Part shown: positions 1 through 9,025 of the stretch, piece after piece
Layout: every line of letters starts with the position of its first letter
Numbering within the stretch: position 1 is the stretch's first letter
Source of the DNA: a bacterium
GTDB lineage: Bacteria; Myxococcota_A; Bradymonadia; UBA7976; UBA1532
DNA length: 62,168 nucleotides
Direction of reading: 5' to 3'
Assembly: GCA_030426945.1 (NCBI GenBank)
Contig: JAUHXL010000001.1
Location: 1 to 62,168, forward strand
Program-made: the position numbers and the translations under genes
Notes under the pieces: model-generated
The model's database searches: none
What the model was told of the DNA's origin: nothing
The model's input: the letters and a program-made list of their open reading frames with translations, nothing else

Positions 1-1211
1 CCGACGAACTGCTCGGCGCGCTGCTGGCCGGGCGCTCGGGCGTGGCCCCGGTGACCGCCTTCGACCCCTCGCCCTTCCCCTGCCGCGTCGCGGCGCGGGT
101 GACCGCCTTCAAGGCGCGCGACTGGGTCTCGAACCGCAAGAACCTGAAGCTGATGTCGGACGCCGTGCGCTTCGGCCTCGCCGCCGTCAAGCGCGCCCAC
201 GCGCAGGCGGGCCTGCCCGAGGTGCCCACCGATCCCGAGCGCCTCGGCATGTTCGTCGGCGCCGGCACCGCGTTCGGCGACAGCCGCGATCTGGCGCCCG
301 CCCTCGAGCGCGGCTTCGCCGACGGCCGCCCCTTCGACGCCGCCGCGTTCGCCACCGAGGGCATGCACCTCATCAACCCGCTGTGGCTGCTCAAGGGCCT
401 GAGCAACAACGTGCTCGGCTTCGCCACCGCGGATCTCGACGCCCGCGGCATCAACCAGAACTACTGCAACTCGGCGGCGGGCGGCTTGCAGGCCGTCGGC
501 GAGGCCGCCTGGGCCCTCGCCGAGGGCAAGGCCGATCTGATGATCGCCGGCGGCGCCGACTCGGCCGTCGACCCCGCGCACTTCACCGGCTTCGGCCGCC
601 TGCAGATGCTGACCGAGGCCGCCGACGCCGACGGCGTGCGCCCCTTCGACGAGGCCCACGACGGCTTCGCGCCCGGCGAGGGCGCCGCCTTCTTCGTCCT
701 CGAGACCCCCGAGCACGCGCGCGCCCGCGGGCAGCGCATCCTGGCCCGCATCGTCGGCTACGGCACCGCCTGCAGCGCGCACGAGCTGCCCACCGGCGTG
801 CCCGACGGCATCGCGCGCGCGGCGCAGGTGGCCCTCGGCCGCGCCGGCTGGGATGCCCAGGACGTCGACGTCGTGTACGCCCACGGCAACGGCACCGCGG
901 CCTACGACCGCAACGAAGCGGCCGCCTGGCACATGGTCTTCGGCGACACCACCCCGCCGGTCACCACCAACAAGGCCAACATCGGGCACGCCATCGCCGC
1001 CAGCGGGCCCCTGTCGCTCGCCTGCGCGGTCGCCATCGGCGCGCGCGGCGCCATCCCCCACGTGCGCAACCTCGAGACCGTCGCCCGCGACTGCCGCGGC
1101 CTCGACCTGGTCGTCGGCGCGCCCCGCGAGGTGCCCGTGCGCCGCGCCCTGGTACACTGCGCGGGTCTCGGCGCGCAGACCGCCGTCATCGCCCTGGAGA
1201 TCGACCCATGA
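1..1211 (+). CDS. beta-ketoacyl-ACP synthase family protein, 5'-truncated by the window edge; possibly a CLF-like, non-condensing subunit
   Basis: The frame is open from nt 3 to the TGA at 1209-1211. KS motifs YAHGNGT and NKANIGHAIAASG are present, so both His residues are there. When I align from memory to E. coli FabF (..ATACTSG..), the canonical Cys position is Ala (NYCNSAAGG). The stop overlaps the next gene's start as ATGA. Confidence 0.8.
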   Translation, partial: DELLGALLAGRSGVAPVTAFDPSPFPCRVAARVTAFKARDWVSNRKNLKLMSDAVRFGLAAVKRAHAQAGLPEVPTDPERLGMFVGAGTAFGDSRDLAPALERGFADGRPFDAAAFATEGMHLINPLWLLKGLSNNVLGFATADLDARGINQNYCNSAAGGLQAVGEAAWALAEGKADLMIAGGADSAVDPAHFTGFGRLQMLTEAADADGVRPFDEAHDGFAPGEGAAFFVLETPEHARARGQRILARIVGYGTACSAHELPTGVPDGIARAAQVALGRAGWDAQDVDVVYAHGNGTAAYDRNEAAAWHMVFGDTTPPVTTNKANIGHAIAASGPLSLACAVAIGARGAIPHVRNLETVARDCRGLDLVVGAPREVPVRRALVHCAGLGAQTAVIALEIDP

Positions 1212-1939
1212 TCGCGCTCGTCACCGGCGGCAACCGCGGCATCGGCCGCGCCATCGCCGAACGCCTGGCCGCCGACCACGCCGCCTCGGTGCTGGTGGTC
1301 TACCGCAGCCGCGCCGACGAGGCCGAGGCCGCGCTGGCCGCCATCGAGGCCGCCGGGGGCAAGGCCGCCCTGCACCAGGCCGACGTCGCCGATCCCGACG
1401 CCGGCGCCGCCGCCGTGAAGGCCTGCATCGACACCTTCGGCCGCATCGACGTGCTGGTGAACAACGCCGGCGTCACCCGCGACGGCCTCGTGCTGCAGAT
1501 GAGCGACGACGACTGGGACGCCGTGCTGCGCACGAACCTCGACGGCGCCTTCCGCCTCGCGCGGGCCGCCGCCCGTCCCATGCTGCTGCAGAAGCACGGC
1601 CGCATCATCAACCTCTCCAGCGTCTCCGCCGGCCGCCCCAACCGCGGCCAGGCCAACTACGCCGCCAGCAAGGGCGGCCTCGAGGCCTTCACCCGCGCCC
1701 TCGCCGTCGAGCTGGCCCGCAAGAAGGTCACCGTCAACGCCGTGGCCCCCGGCGTCATCGAGACCGAGATGAGCGCCCGCGTGCGCGAGCACGCCGAGGC
1801 AGAGATCAAGAACAGCATCCCCATGCGCCGCATCGGCCAGCCCGCCGAGGTGGCCGCCCTGGTCAGCTTCCTGGCCGGCGACGACGCCGCGTACATCACC
1901 GGCCAGGTCATCGGCGTCGATGGTGGCGTCGGTCTGTGA
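1208..1939 (+). CDS. fabG: 3-oxoacyl-ACP reductase (SDR family, FabG-like)
   Basis: N-terminal TGGNRGIG Rossmann motif, NNAG, and a catalytic S...YAASK triad. The protein is 243 aa. The start is coupled to the upstream KS gene by an ATGA overlap. Confidence 0.9.
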   Translation: MIALVTGGNRGIGRAIAERLAADHAASVLVVYRSRADEAEAALAAIEAAGGKAALHQADVADPDAGAAAVKACIDTFGRIDVLVNNAGVTRDGLVLQMSDDDWDAVLRTNLDGAFRLARAAARPMLLQKHGRIINLSSVSAGRPNRGQANYAASKGGLEAFTRALAVELARKKVTVNAVAPGVIETEMSARVREHAEAEIKNSIPMRRIGQPAEVAALVSFLAGDDAAYITGQVIGVDGGVGL

Positions 1940-3902
1940 GCCCGTCTTGAGCGCAACGACGCCCGGCGCCGCGCGCTGGCCCCACCTGTTCCAGCCCCTC
2001 CGCCTCGGCCCCCTCACGCTGCCCAACCGCATCGTGATGCCGGGCATGGATCCCTCGCTCGCCGACGCGGACGGCTTCGTCACCGACGCCATGGTGCGCC
2101 ACTACACCGATCGCGCCGCCGGCGGCGCCGGCCTGCTGGTCACCGGCAACATCGCCTGCGATCCGGGCGGTCGGGTCAGCCCCTTCATGCCGCTGATCAG
2201 CGACGACGCCTTCGTGCCCGGCCTGCGCCGCGTGACCGACGCCGTGCACGCCGCCGGCGGCCGCCTCTTCGTCCAGGTCAGCCACGCCGGCCGCCAGACG
2301 CTGGCCGAGTTCGCCAGCGGCGAGACGGTGTCGGCGAGCGACCTCCCCTGCCCGGTCATGCGCTCGCGCCCGCGTCCCCTCGAGGACGCCGAGATCCTCG
2401 CCCTGGCCGATCGCTTCGCCGAGGGCGCCGCCCGCGCGCAGGCCGCCGGCGCCGACGGGGTCGAGTTCCACATGGCCCACGGCTACCTCGTGTGCCAGTT
2501 CCTCAGCCCGTACAGCAACGTGCGCGACGACCGCTGGGGGGGCGACGCCCTTGGCCGCGCCCGCTTCGCCGTCGAGATCGTCCGCCGCACCCGCGCCGCC
2601 GTCGGCCCCGACTTCCCCATCCAGTGCCGGCTGAGCGCCGACGAGAAGGTCGACGGCGGCATCACCCCGCCCCTGGCCATCGAATACGCGCGCCGCCTGG
2701 TCGACGCCGGCGCCACCTCGCTCTCGATCAGCGCCTGCAACTACGAGAGCTACCGCTACAACATGCCCAGCTACTACCTGCCGACCGCGACCTACGCGCC
2801 CCTCGCGCGCGCCGTGCGGCAGGCCCTGGGCGGCGCCGTGCCGGTCATCGCGGTGGGCCGCATCGCCGACGGCGACACGGCCGAGCGGGTGCTGGCCGAC
2901 GGCGACGCCGACCTCGTGGCGATGGGCCGCGCGCTCATCGCCGATCCCGAGCTGCCCCGCCACCTGGCGGCGGACGCGCCCGAGTCCGTGCGCCCCTGCG
3001 TCGCCTGCAACCGCTGCGCGGAGGCCATCACGCGCGGCCCCCTGCGCTGCCTCGTGAACCCCGAGGCGGGCCTGGGCCCCGACGCGTCCCCGCCCGCGAC
3101 CCGCCCGGCCGACGTGCTGGTGCTCGGCGGCGGGCCCGCCGGCGTCACCGCCGCCGTCGAGGCCGCGCGGCGCGGCCACCGGGTGCGGCTCGTCGAGGCC
3201 AGCGACCGCCTCGGCGGCAAGGCCCACGCCAGCGCCGCGCCCCCCGAGAAGGAGGCCTTCGGCCGCTACGCCGAGTGGCTCGGGCGCCAGGCCGCCGCGG
3301 CGGGGGTCGAGGTGCAGCTCGGCCGTCGCCTCACCGCGGACGCCGTCACCGCCGACCCCGCCGACCACGTCCTGCTCGCCGTCGGCGCCGAGCCCAACAC
3401 CCCGCCGGCGATCCCGGGGCTGGCCGCCCACCCCGCGGTGCTGCACCCCGAGGAGGCCCTGGCCGATCCGACGCCGCGCCAGCGCGTGCTGGTGCTGGGC
3501 GGCGGCCCCGAGGGCTGCGAGATCGCCGACGCCTTCGCGCACCGCCCCGAGCGCCCCGCGGTCCACGTCGTCGAGCTGCGCCGCAAGGTCGGCCTCGGCC
3601 TCGCCACCAGCGTCCGCGCGCTGCTCGAAGAGCGGCTCGTCGAGGCCGGGGTCGCGCTGCACACCGGCCGCACGGTCGCCGCGCTGGGCGCCGACGGCGT
3701 CACGCTGGCCGACCGCCGCGACCGACCGAAGGAGACGCTGCCGCCCCCGGACCTGGTCGTGGTCGCCATCGGCGTGCACCCCGCCCAGGGTTGGGACCAC
3801 CTCGCCGCCGATCCGCGCGTCCAACGCATCGGCGACAGCGACCGCCCCGCCACCATCCTCGAGGCCGTCGCCGCCGGCTGGCGCGCCGGCCGCCACCTGT
3901 GA
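1920..3902 (+). CDS. NADPH-dependent 2,4-dienoyl-CoA reductase-like flavoprotein (OYE-type TIM barrel, 4Fe-4S motif, FAD/NAD domain)
   Basis: N-terminal LFQPLRLGPLTLPNRIVMPGM and HAGRQ are OYE signatures. CVACNRC..(x8)..C..NP is a Cys cluster. VLVLGGGPAGVTAA is a dinucleotide-binding motif. The exact start is uncertain (ATG 1920, GTG 1923 or TTG 1947). Confidence 0.85.
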   Translation: MVASVCEPVLSATTPGAARWPHLFQPLRLGPLTLPNRIVMPGMDPSLADADGFVTDAMVRHYTDRAAGGAGLLVTGNIACDPGGRVSPFMPLISDDAFVPGLRRVTDAVHAAGGRLFVQVSHAGRQTLAEFASGETVSASDLPCPVMRSRPRPLEDAEILALADRFAEGAARAQAAGADGVEFHMAHGYLVCQFLSPYSNVRDDRWGGDALGRARFAVEIVRRTRAAVGPDFPIQCRLSADEKVDGGITPPLAIEYARRLVDAGATSLSISACNYESYRYNMPSYYLPTATYAPLARAVRQALGGAVPVIAVGRIADGDTAERVLADGDADLVAMGRALIADPELPRHLAADAPESVRPCVACNRCAEAITRGPLRCLVNPEAGLGPDASPPATRPADVLVLGGGPAGVTAAVEAARRGHRVRLVEASDRLGGKAHASAAPPEKEAFGRYAEWLGRQAAAAGVEVQLGRRLTADAVTADPADHVLLAVGAEPNTPPAIPGLAAHPAVLHPEEALADPTPRQRVLVLGGGPEGCEIADAFAHRPERPAVHVVELRRKVGLGLATSVRALLEERLVEAGVALHTGRTVAALGADGVTLADRRDRPKETLPPPDLVVVAIGVHPAQGWDHLAADPRVQRIGDSDRPATILEAVAAGWRAGRHL

Positions 3903-3973
3903 CGCGGGTGTGAATCAGACCCGTTGGTCCACCCGACGCCCCGCCAAGTCGGCCGGGCGATCAGCTTTCAGCA

Positions 3974-4102
3974 GTCAGCTATCAGCTCCGCCGCGATGAT
4001 TGGGGCCGCCTGCCGGGAAACCCCGCGCGTAGACCTTGCACCGAGGTTCGACGCTCGGCACGACGCACGGGCCCGGCTGAGAGCTGAAAGCTGATAGCTG
4101 AC
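3974..4102. repeat. Long-range inverted repeat in a relatively AT-rich intergenic spacer
   Basis: GTCAGCTATCAGCT (3974-3987) is perfectly complementary to AGCTGATAGCTGAC (4089-4102). Both arms sit in CAGCT/AGCTG-rich tracts. The loop contains an internal hairpin, CCGAG-N8-CTCGG. Confidence 0.6.
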
Positions 4103-4223
4103 AGCCGGTAGGAGCGACCACCAACGGCTCGTGAGCAGACCCCTCTGACGCCGAGTCCTTGCCCGCGATCCGGCCCTGTGCCACGATGCGCCACGAACCC
4201 GCACGACCGATGGAGGGAAGGCC

Positions 4224-4676
4224 GTGAGCCTGTCTGCGGACGCCGCCCTGCGGATCCTTGAACGACGCTACGACTACGTCTCGGCCCGGGTCATCCTCAA
4301 GGACGCCGCCGCGCACGTCGGCGCGGACGCGAAGGGCCCATTCGACGCCGACCAGCTCGCTGACGCGGTGCTCGCCATCGGTGATCGCGTCGACGCCGTC
4401 GCCGAGGCGCTGCGCGGGGCCGGCGCCCAGGGCGGGGCCAAGCCGTCGGCGAAGAAGGCCGACGCGGCCCCCGAGCCGGCGCCCGAGCCCGAGCCGGCGC
4501 CCGAGCCCGAGCCCGCCGCCGAGCCCCAGCCCGCGTCGGACGCCGCGGCCGATCCGGCCAGCGTTCAGGACGCCGACGAGGGCGACGACGACGGCGAAGA
4601 GGAAGACGAAGAGGGTGCCGACGGCGAGGGGGGCGACGACAAGCCCGCCCGCAGCCGCCGCCGCCGCCGCAAGTAG
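4224..4676 (+). CDS. hypothetical protein: small helical N-domain plus a disordered (PEPA)n / acidic / poly-Arg tail
   Basis: GTG start and high-GC3 frame. The C-terminal half is low complexity (APEPAPEPEPAPEPEPAAEPQP, DEGDDDGEEEDEEG, SRRRRRK). A strong hairpin terminator follows. Confidence 0.6.
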   Translation: MSLSADAALRILERRYDYVSARVILKDAAAHVGADAKGPFDADQLADAVLAIGDRVDAVAEALRGAGAQGGAKPSAKKADAAPEPAPEPEPAPEPEPAAEPQPASDAAADPASVQDADEGDDDGEEEDEEGADGEGGDDKPARSRRRRRK

Positions 4677-4701
4677 GCCGGCCGACCGCCGACCGGCCCC
4701 G

Positions 4702-4741
4702 GAAGGCCCGCCCTCGCTCCGATGGCGGGCCTTCTTCCGTT
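4702..4741 (+). terminator. Rho-independent terminator candidate after the 4224-4676 ORF
   Basis: GAAGGCCCGCC (4702-4712), an 11-nt loop, then GGCGGGCCTTC (4724-4734), followed by TTCCGTT. Confidence 0.6.
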
Positions 4742-4756
4742 CGGACCCCCTCGGCG

Positions 4757-4795
4757 CCCCAAACGAGAAGAGCCCGCCGGATGGGCGGGCTCTTC
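4757..4795 (-). terminator. Rho-independent terminator candidate after rpoZ
   Basis: On the minus strand the stem GAAGAGCCCGCC / GGCGGGCTCTTC (4767-4778 / 4784-4795) is followed by TCGTTTGGGG. It lies about 20 nt downstream of the rpoZ stop. Confidence 0.6.
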
Positions 4796-4816
4796 GGGCG
4801 GACCCGCGACGGCGGC

Positions 4817-5140
4817 TCAGATGAGCGGCGTCGCGTTCTCGACCTCGTCGGTCACGTCCTGCAGCGACGGATCCTCGAGGGTGCCCTCGTCGATCAGCTT
4901 CTGCAGCCGCTGCGACACCAGCTTGCCCTTCTGCGCGAAGATCGTCTCGTTGACGTCCTCGCGGAAGCGCACCCGACCCGACGCGATCTCCCGCAGCGAC
5001 TGAACGATGTCCTTGTTGCGGCTCTCGACCAGCCGCGACGCGCCCCGGTGCAGCTGCCGGTACCGCAGCGCCGCGAGGTGAACCAGCGCGAACTGGTCGT
5101 TGATCTTCTCCAGGCAGTCTTCGACGGTGACTCGAGCCAA
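4817..5140 (-). CDS. rpoZ: DNA-directed RNA polymerase subunit omega
   Basis: The N-terminus MARVTVEDCLEKINDQFALVHLAALRYRQL is the canonical RpoZ signature. 107 aa. Confidence 0.92.
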   Translation of the reverse strand: MARVTVEDCLEKINDQFALVHLAALRYRQLHRGASRLVESRNKDIVQSLREIASGRVRFREDVNETIFAQKGKLVSQRLQKLIDEGTLEDPSLQDVTDEVENATPLI

Positions 5141-5314
5141 AGCACCTTCTCCATCGGCAGCGCCGCGCGCGGCCTCACCGGTCGGCAGTTGCGCCCGGCC
5201 GCGCTCCGCGCTGGAGACGGCAGGTCGGGGCCGATATGATCCACACGGCGACCACCTCTGTCAATCCGGAGTCGGTGGTCGCCGGCCAGGTCGCGCGACG
5301 CCGGGCGCGAACGG

Positions 5315-5330
5315 CGGCACCGGGCTTGCA
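5315..5330 (+). promoter_or_regulatory. sigma54 (-24/-12) promoter upstream of fliJ
   Basis: CGGCAC-CGGGC-TTGCA, compared with the consensus TGGCAC-N5-TTGCA. GG/GC spacing is exact. It lies about 45 nt upstream of the fliJ ATG. Confidence 0.65.
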
Positions 5331-5374
5331 GAACGGCGACCTCGAGACGCTGGACACCGACCGGCGAGGATCCG

Positions 5375-5809
5375 ATGAAGCGCTTCACGTTCCGGTTCGC
5401 CGCGGTGCTCAAGCAGCGCACCGCCCTGCTCGATCAGGCGAAGGCCGAGCTCGGCGACGCGATCGCGCGCTGCAACCTGGCCGTCGACATCCTGACGCGC
5501 CGGCGTCAGGACCTGACCACCCTCACCACGCAGAGCCCCGAGGCGGGCCTGCCCTTCGACCCGCAGCGCGAGGTCGTCCGCCAGCGGCACCTCGGCGCGC
5601 TGCGCGACGAGCTCGTGCGTCGGCAGCAGATGGTCGAGCGCCTCGAGAAGGTCGTCGACGCCGCGCGCGAGAAGGTGGCCGCCGCGCACCGCGGGCTGCG
5701 AGCCATCGAGCTGCTCGAGGAGCGCGACCGAGAGGCGTGGAAGGCCGAGGCGCGGCGCCTCGAACAGCAGGAGAATGACGAGCGGAACGCGCAGCGCTTC
5801 GGCCGATGA
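5375..5809 (+). CDS. fliJ: flagellar export protein FliJ
   Basis: A 144-aa all-coiled-coil protein. The N-terminal FRFAAVLKQR and the C-terminal ..LEERDREAWKAEARRLEQQENDE.. fit the FliJ family pattern. A GAGGA Shine-Dalgarno lies 5 nt upstream. Confidence 0.72.
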   Translation: MKRFTFRFAAVLKQRTALLDQAKAELGDAIARCNLAVDILTRRRQDLTTLTTQSPEAGLPFDPQREVVRQRHLGALRDELVRRQQMVERLEKVVDAAREKVAAAHRGLRAIELLEERDREAWKAEARRLEQQENDERNAQRFGR

Positions 5810-5839
5810 GGCCCGCCCCGCGCTGGGCCGACCCTGCGG

Positions 5840-6592
5840 TCAGACCGCCTTGCGCAGCCGCTTGCGCAACGTCTGCACCGCCTGCGTGTGCAGCTGGCTG
5901 ATGCGGCTCTCGGTGAGATCGAGCACCCGCCCGATCTCCTTGAAGTTCAGCTCGTTGTAGTAATAGAGCGACATCACCAGCTTCAGCCGCTCCGGCAGCG
6001 CGTCGAGGGCCTCGACGAGCGCCTCCCGCAGCTCCCGGAAGAACGTGTGCCCAAACGGATCTTCCGGGCGGGCCTGGCTTAACAGCTCCCAGGGCACCTC
6101 GGTCGCGTCCGCCGCGATGGCGCTCAGATCCTCGAGGGTCAGGAAGGCCACCTGCCCGGTGCTGGCCAGGACGCTCTCGACATCGCTCGCGTCGAGGCCC
6201 GTGTCCTCGGCCAGCTCCGCCACCGTCGGCTGCCGCCCCAGCTGGTTCTCGAGCCGCTGCCGCGCGCGCTCGAGCTTGTTGGCTTTGCCGCGCGCCGTCC
6301 GGGACATGAAGTCGTACGAGCGCAGCTCGTCGAGCATCGCCCCCTTGATGCGGAACTCGGCGTAGGCTTCGAAGCGGCTGCCCTTGGTCGCATCGAAGTT
6401 GTCGATGGCGTGCAACAGACCGATGGTGCCGACGGAGATCAGATCCTCGACCTCGACCGACGGCGGCAGGCGATGGATGAGACGGTAGGCCACCTTCTTG
6501 ACGAGCGGCGCGTACTTGCGCACCTGCTCCTCTTGCTGCCGACGCTTCGAGAGCGCGGCGTTCTTCTGGTAGGCCTGTATCCCGTGCTTCAT
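5840..6592 (-). CDS. fliA: flagellar sigma factor FliA (sigma28, FliA/WhiG family)
   Basis: Region 2 (LISVGTIGLLHAIDNFD, RFEAYAEFRIKGAMLDELR) and a region 4 HTH (LYYYNELNFKEIGRVLDLTESRISQLH) are present. It sits directly downstream of flhF-flhG. Confidence 0.92.
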   Translation of the reverse strand: MKHGIQAYQKNAALSKRRQQEEQVRKYAPLVKKVAYRLIHRLPPSVEVEDLISVGTIGLLHAIDNFDATKGSRFEAYAEFRIKGAMLDELRSYDFMSRTARGKANKLERARQRLENQLGRQPTVAELAEDTGLDASDVESVLASTGQVAFLTLEDLSAIAADATEVPWELLSQARPEDPFGHTFFRELREALVEALDALPERLKLVMSLYYYNELNFKEIGRVLDLTESRISQLHTQAVQTLRKRLRKAV

Positions 6593-6625
6593 CGCCGGTC
6601 TCTCAGAGGGCTGTCAGGCACCCTC

Positions 6626-7483
6626 TCAAGCGCCCGGCTGCAGCAGCCGCCGCCAGAAGAACTGCATGTTCCCCGAGATGGGCCGATCCGTGCTGTCGGC
6701 GGCGAGGGTGTCGACCAGCTCACGGATGCACTCGGCCGCCGGGCTCTCCGGTGCGTTCTGCAGCAGCAGCTGGCGGTCGACCACCGCCTCGCTGACCGCC
6801 GGATCCCGGAGCACATGACCCAGGTAGTCGATCACCACGTCCGGCAGGTGGGTGTCGGCCACCGTCGTCAGGTGGCGATACACCCGGAGCGCGGTCTTTC
6901 GATCCGGCGCCATGTTGACGATCAGATGAAAGCGCTTCACGTCGTGGCGCTGGGACAGCACCTTCATCACCGCGTAGGCGTCGGTCATCGAGGTGGGCTC
7001 GGGCGTCGAGACGACCATCACCTCCTGGGCGGCCGCGTTGAAGTACAGGACGTTCTTGCCGATGCCGGCGCCGGTGTCGACGAGCAGGATGTCGAAGTCC
7101 TGGTCGAGCTCCTCGAGCGCCCCCATGAACAGCAGGATCTGGTCGTCGCTGAGGTAGGCCATCTCCTGCACGCCCGACGACGCGGGCAGGACGATCACAC
7201 CGCCGGGCCCAGGCACCAGAAGGTCGGTCAGCTCCGCGCCGCCGTCGAACAGATCGGCCAGCGTCGCTTTGGGCTTCAGCCCCATCACGATGTCGACGTT
7301 CGCCAGGCCCAGGTCGGCGTCGATCAACAGCACGCGCTTGCCGAGCTCGGCGAAGCGCAGCGCCATGTTGCAGATGAGGTTGGTCTTGCCCACCCCACCC
7401 TTGCCGCTCGTGATCGAATAGACCTGCATCGCCTCTCCGCCGGCTCGGCGCGCGATCATACGAAGTGTCGAAGCCTGGTCCAT
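6626..7483 (-). CDS. flhG: MinD/ParA-type ATPase FlhG (FleN/YlxH)
   Basis: Deviant Walker A SGKGGVGKT. The N-terminal MDQASTLR matches the DQAxxLR helix that activates FlhF. Synteny is flhF-flhG-fliA. Confidence 0.9.
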   Translation of the reverse strand: MDQASTLRMIARRAGGEAMQVYSITSGKGGVGKTNLICNMALRFAELGKRVLLIDADLGLANVDIVMGLKPKATLADLFDGGAELTDLLVPGPGGVIVLPASSGVQEMAYLSDDQILLFMGALEELDQDFDILLVDTGAGIGKNVLYFNAAAQEVMVVSTPEPTSMTDAYAVMKVLSQRHDVKRFHLIVNMAPDRKTALRVYRHLTTVADTHLPDVVIDYLGHVLRDPAVSEAVVDRQLLLQNAPESPAAECIRELVDTLAADSTDRPISGNMQFFWRRLLQPGA

Positions 7484-7579
7484 GACCCTCGTTCGCTCGA
7501 CGCGGCCATACTAACGCGGGCTCGCGCCCGCGGGCAAAGGAATGCCCGGCGCTGTGTCGGGCCTCTCACCCGCCCGCCG

Positions 7580-9025
7580 TCAACCCGCCAGACGCACCCG
7601 CGCCGCGGCCTCGCCGACGACCCGAGCCGCCAGCACCGCCGGCTCCGCCGCCTCGATGTCCTCGGGCACCCGCTGCCCGTCCGTCAGCCAGGCGAGAGGC
7701 CGCGCCGCGCGGCGCACCACCGAGTAGGCCGCGCCCAGCGCGTCGGTCTCGTCGGTCTTGGTGACGCACACCATGTCGTAGCGCAGGCGCGCGAACGCAT
7801 CGACCGTGGCGAACAGATCGGTCAGGCGCGTGCTGCACGCCACCGTCAGCACCATCTCACCGCCCCAACCGTTCGGGAAGAAGCGGGCCAGCGCGTTGAC
7901 CTGATCGGCGGCCCGCGGGTTCCGGCCCGTCGTGTCCACCAGCACCAGGTCGTAGTCGGCGAGGCGCTCGAGCGCCCCGGGCAGATCGTCGGGCCGCTTC
8001 ACGACCTCGAGGGGACACTCGAGGATGTCGGCGTAGCGGGCCAGCTGATCGATGGCGGCCATGCGGAAGGTGTCGACGGTGACCAGCGCCACCGACGCCC
8101 CGTCCAGGATGCGCGCGCGCGCGGCCACCTTGGCGATGGTGGTGGTCTTGCCCACGCCGGTCGGGCCGACGAACGCCAGCACGCGCGATCGCCCCTCGCC
8201 GGGCTGCACCGGTCCGGTGCAGGGCAGGTCGTCGGCCAACGCGCGGCCCAGCATGGCCAGCACGTCGCCGTCGTCGGGCGTGCCGTCCGGCACGGCCTTG
8301 TGGGTCCGCTCGGCCAGCTCGAGCGCGTGCGGCTCGGCGACGCCGACCGCCACCAGCCGATCAGCGAGCGCCTGCACCAGGCCGGGGCGCGCCCGCGCCC
8401 CCTCGGCCGCCCGCTCGGCCAGCAGGGCGCGGATGGCGTGCAGCTCGGACTGAAGGCTGCCCAGCTCCGCGCGCAGGCGCGCCTCGGTGACCGGCGGCTC
8501 GTCCCGCGCCGGCGGCGCGAGGCCGGCCACGGCGGCGTGCAGATCGGCGAGCTGCCCCCGCAGCTCATTGATCGCCTCGTCGACCCGCTCGGCGACCTCG
8601 GCCTCGCCCCCCACGGCGTTGGCCGCCAGCGCCCGCGCCGCGGCGTCCCCCTGTCGCGATCCGTTCGGCTGCTGGCGCAGCGCCACCTGGCGCGCGAGCC
8701 ACGCGGCGCGCTCGGCGAAGGGGGTGTCGCTCCCGCCGCCCGGCGCCCCGCCCGGGCTCCGCTTCGCGGTGCGCGCGTAGGCCGCCGTGGCGCCGCGGCG
8801 CCCGCCCATGGCCGGCGGCTCGGCCGCGGCCTCCAGCGCGGCGCTCATGCCCGCGCGGGGCGACAGCTCGTCCCCCGTGGCCGTGATCTCGACGAACGAT
8901 CCCTGATGATCACGTCCGCGGCGCGTACCGACGATGACCGCGTCGGGCCCGAGGGTCACCTTCAGCTTGGCGACCGCCTCCTGCATCGTGCGTCCCCGGA
9001 ACGTGTGCATCGCAACCTCGCTCAT
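7580..9025 (-). CDS. flhF: flagellar biosynthesis SRP-type GTPase FlhF
   Basis: GPTGVGKTTT (G1) and DTTGR (G3) are present. The N-terminal B-domain reads FRGRTMQEAVAKLKVTLGPDAVIV. Confidence 0.92.
   Translation of the reverse strand: MSEVAMHTFRGRTMQEAVAKLKVTLGPDAVIVGTRRGRDHQGSFVEITATGDELSPRAGMSAALEAAAEPPAMGGRRGATAAYARTAKRSPGGAPGGGSDTPFAERAAWLARQVALRQQPNGSRQGDAAARALAANAVGGEAEVAERVDEAINELRGQLADLHAAVAGLAPPARDEPPVTEARLRAELGSLQSELHAIRALLAERAAEGARARPGLVQALADRLVAVGVAEPHALELAERTHKAVPDGTPDDGDVLAMLGRALADDLPCTGPVQPGEGRSRVLAFVGPTGVGKTTTIAKVAARARILDGASVALVTVDTFRMAAIDQLARYADILECPLEVVKRPDDLPGALERLADYDLVLVDTTGRNPRAADQVNALARFFPNGWGGEMVLTVACSTRLTDLFATVDAFARLRYDMVCVTKTDETDALGAAYSVVRRAARPLAWLTDGQRVPEDIEAAEPAVLAARVVGEAAARVRLAG

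Noticed and set aside
7534-7548. A weak GG-N10-GC motif (CGGGCA-N5-TTGC) upstream of flhG.
   Set aside because: Only the minimal dinucleotides match and the -24 box is poor. Such matches are likely to occur by chance in GC-rich DNA.
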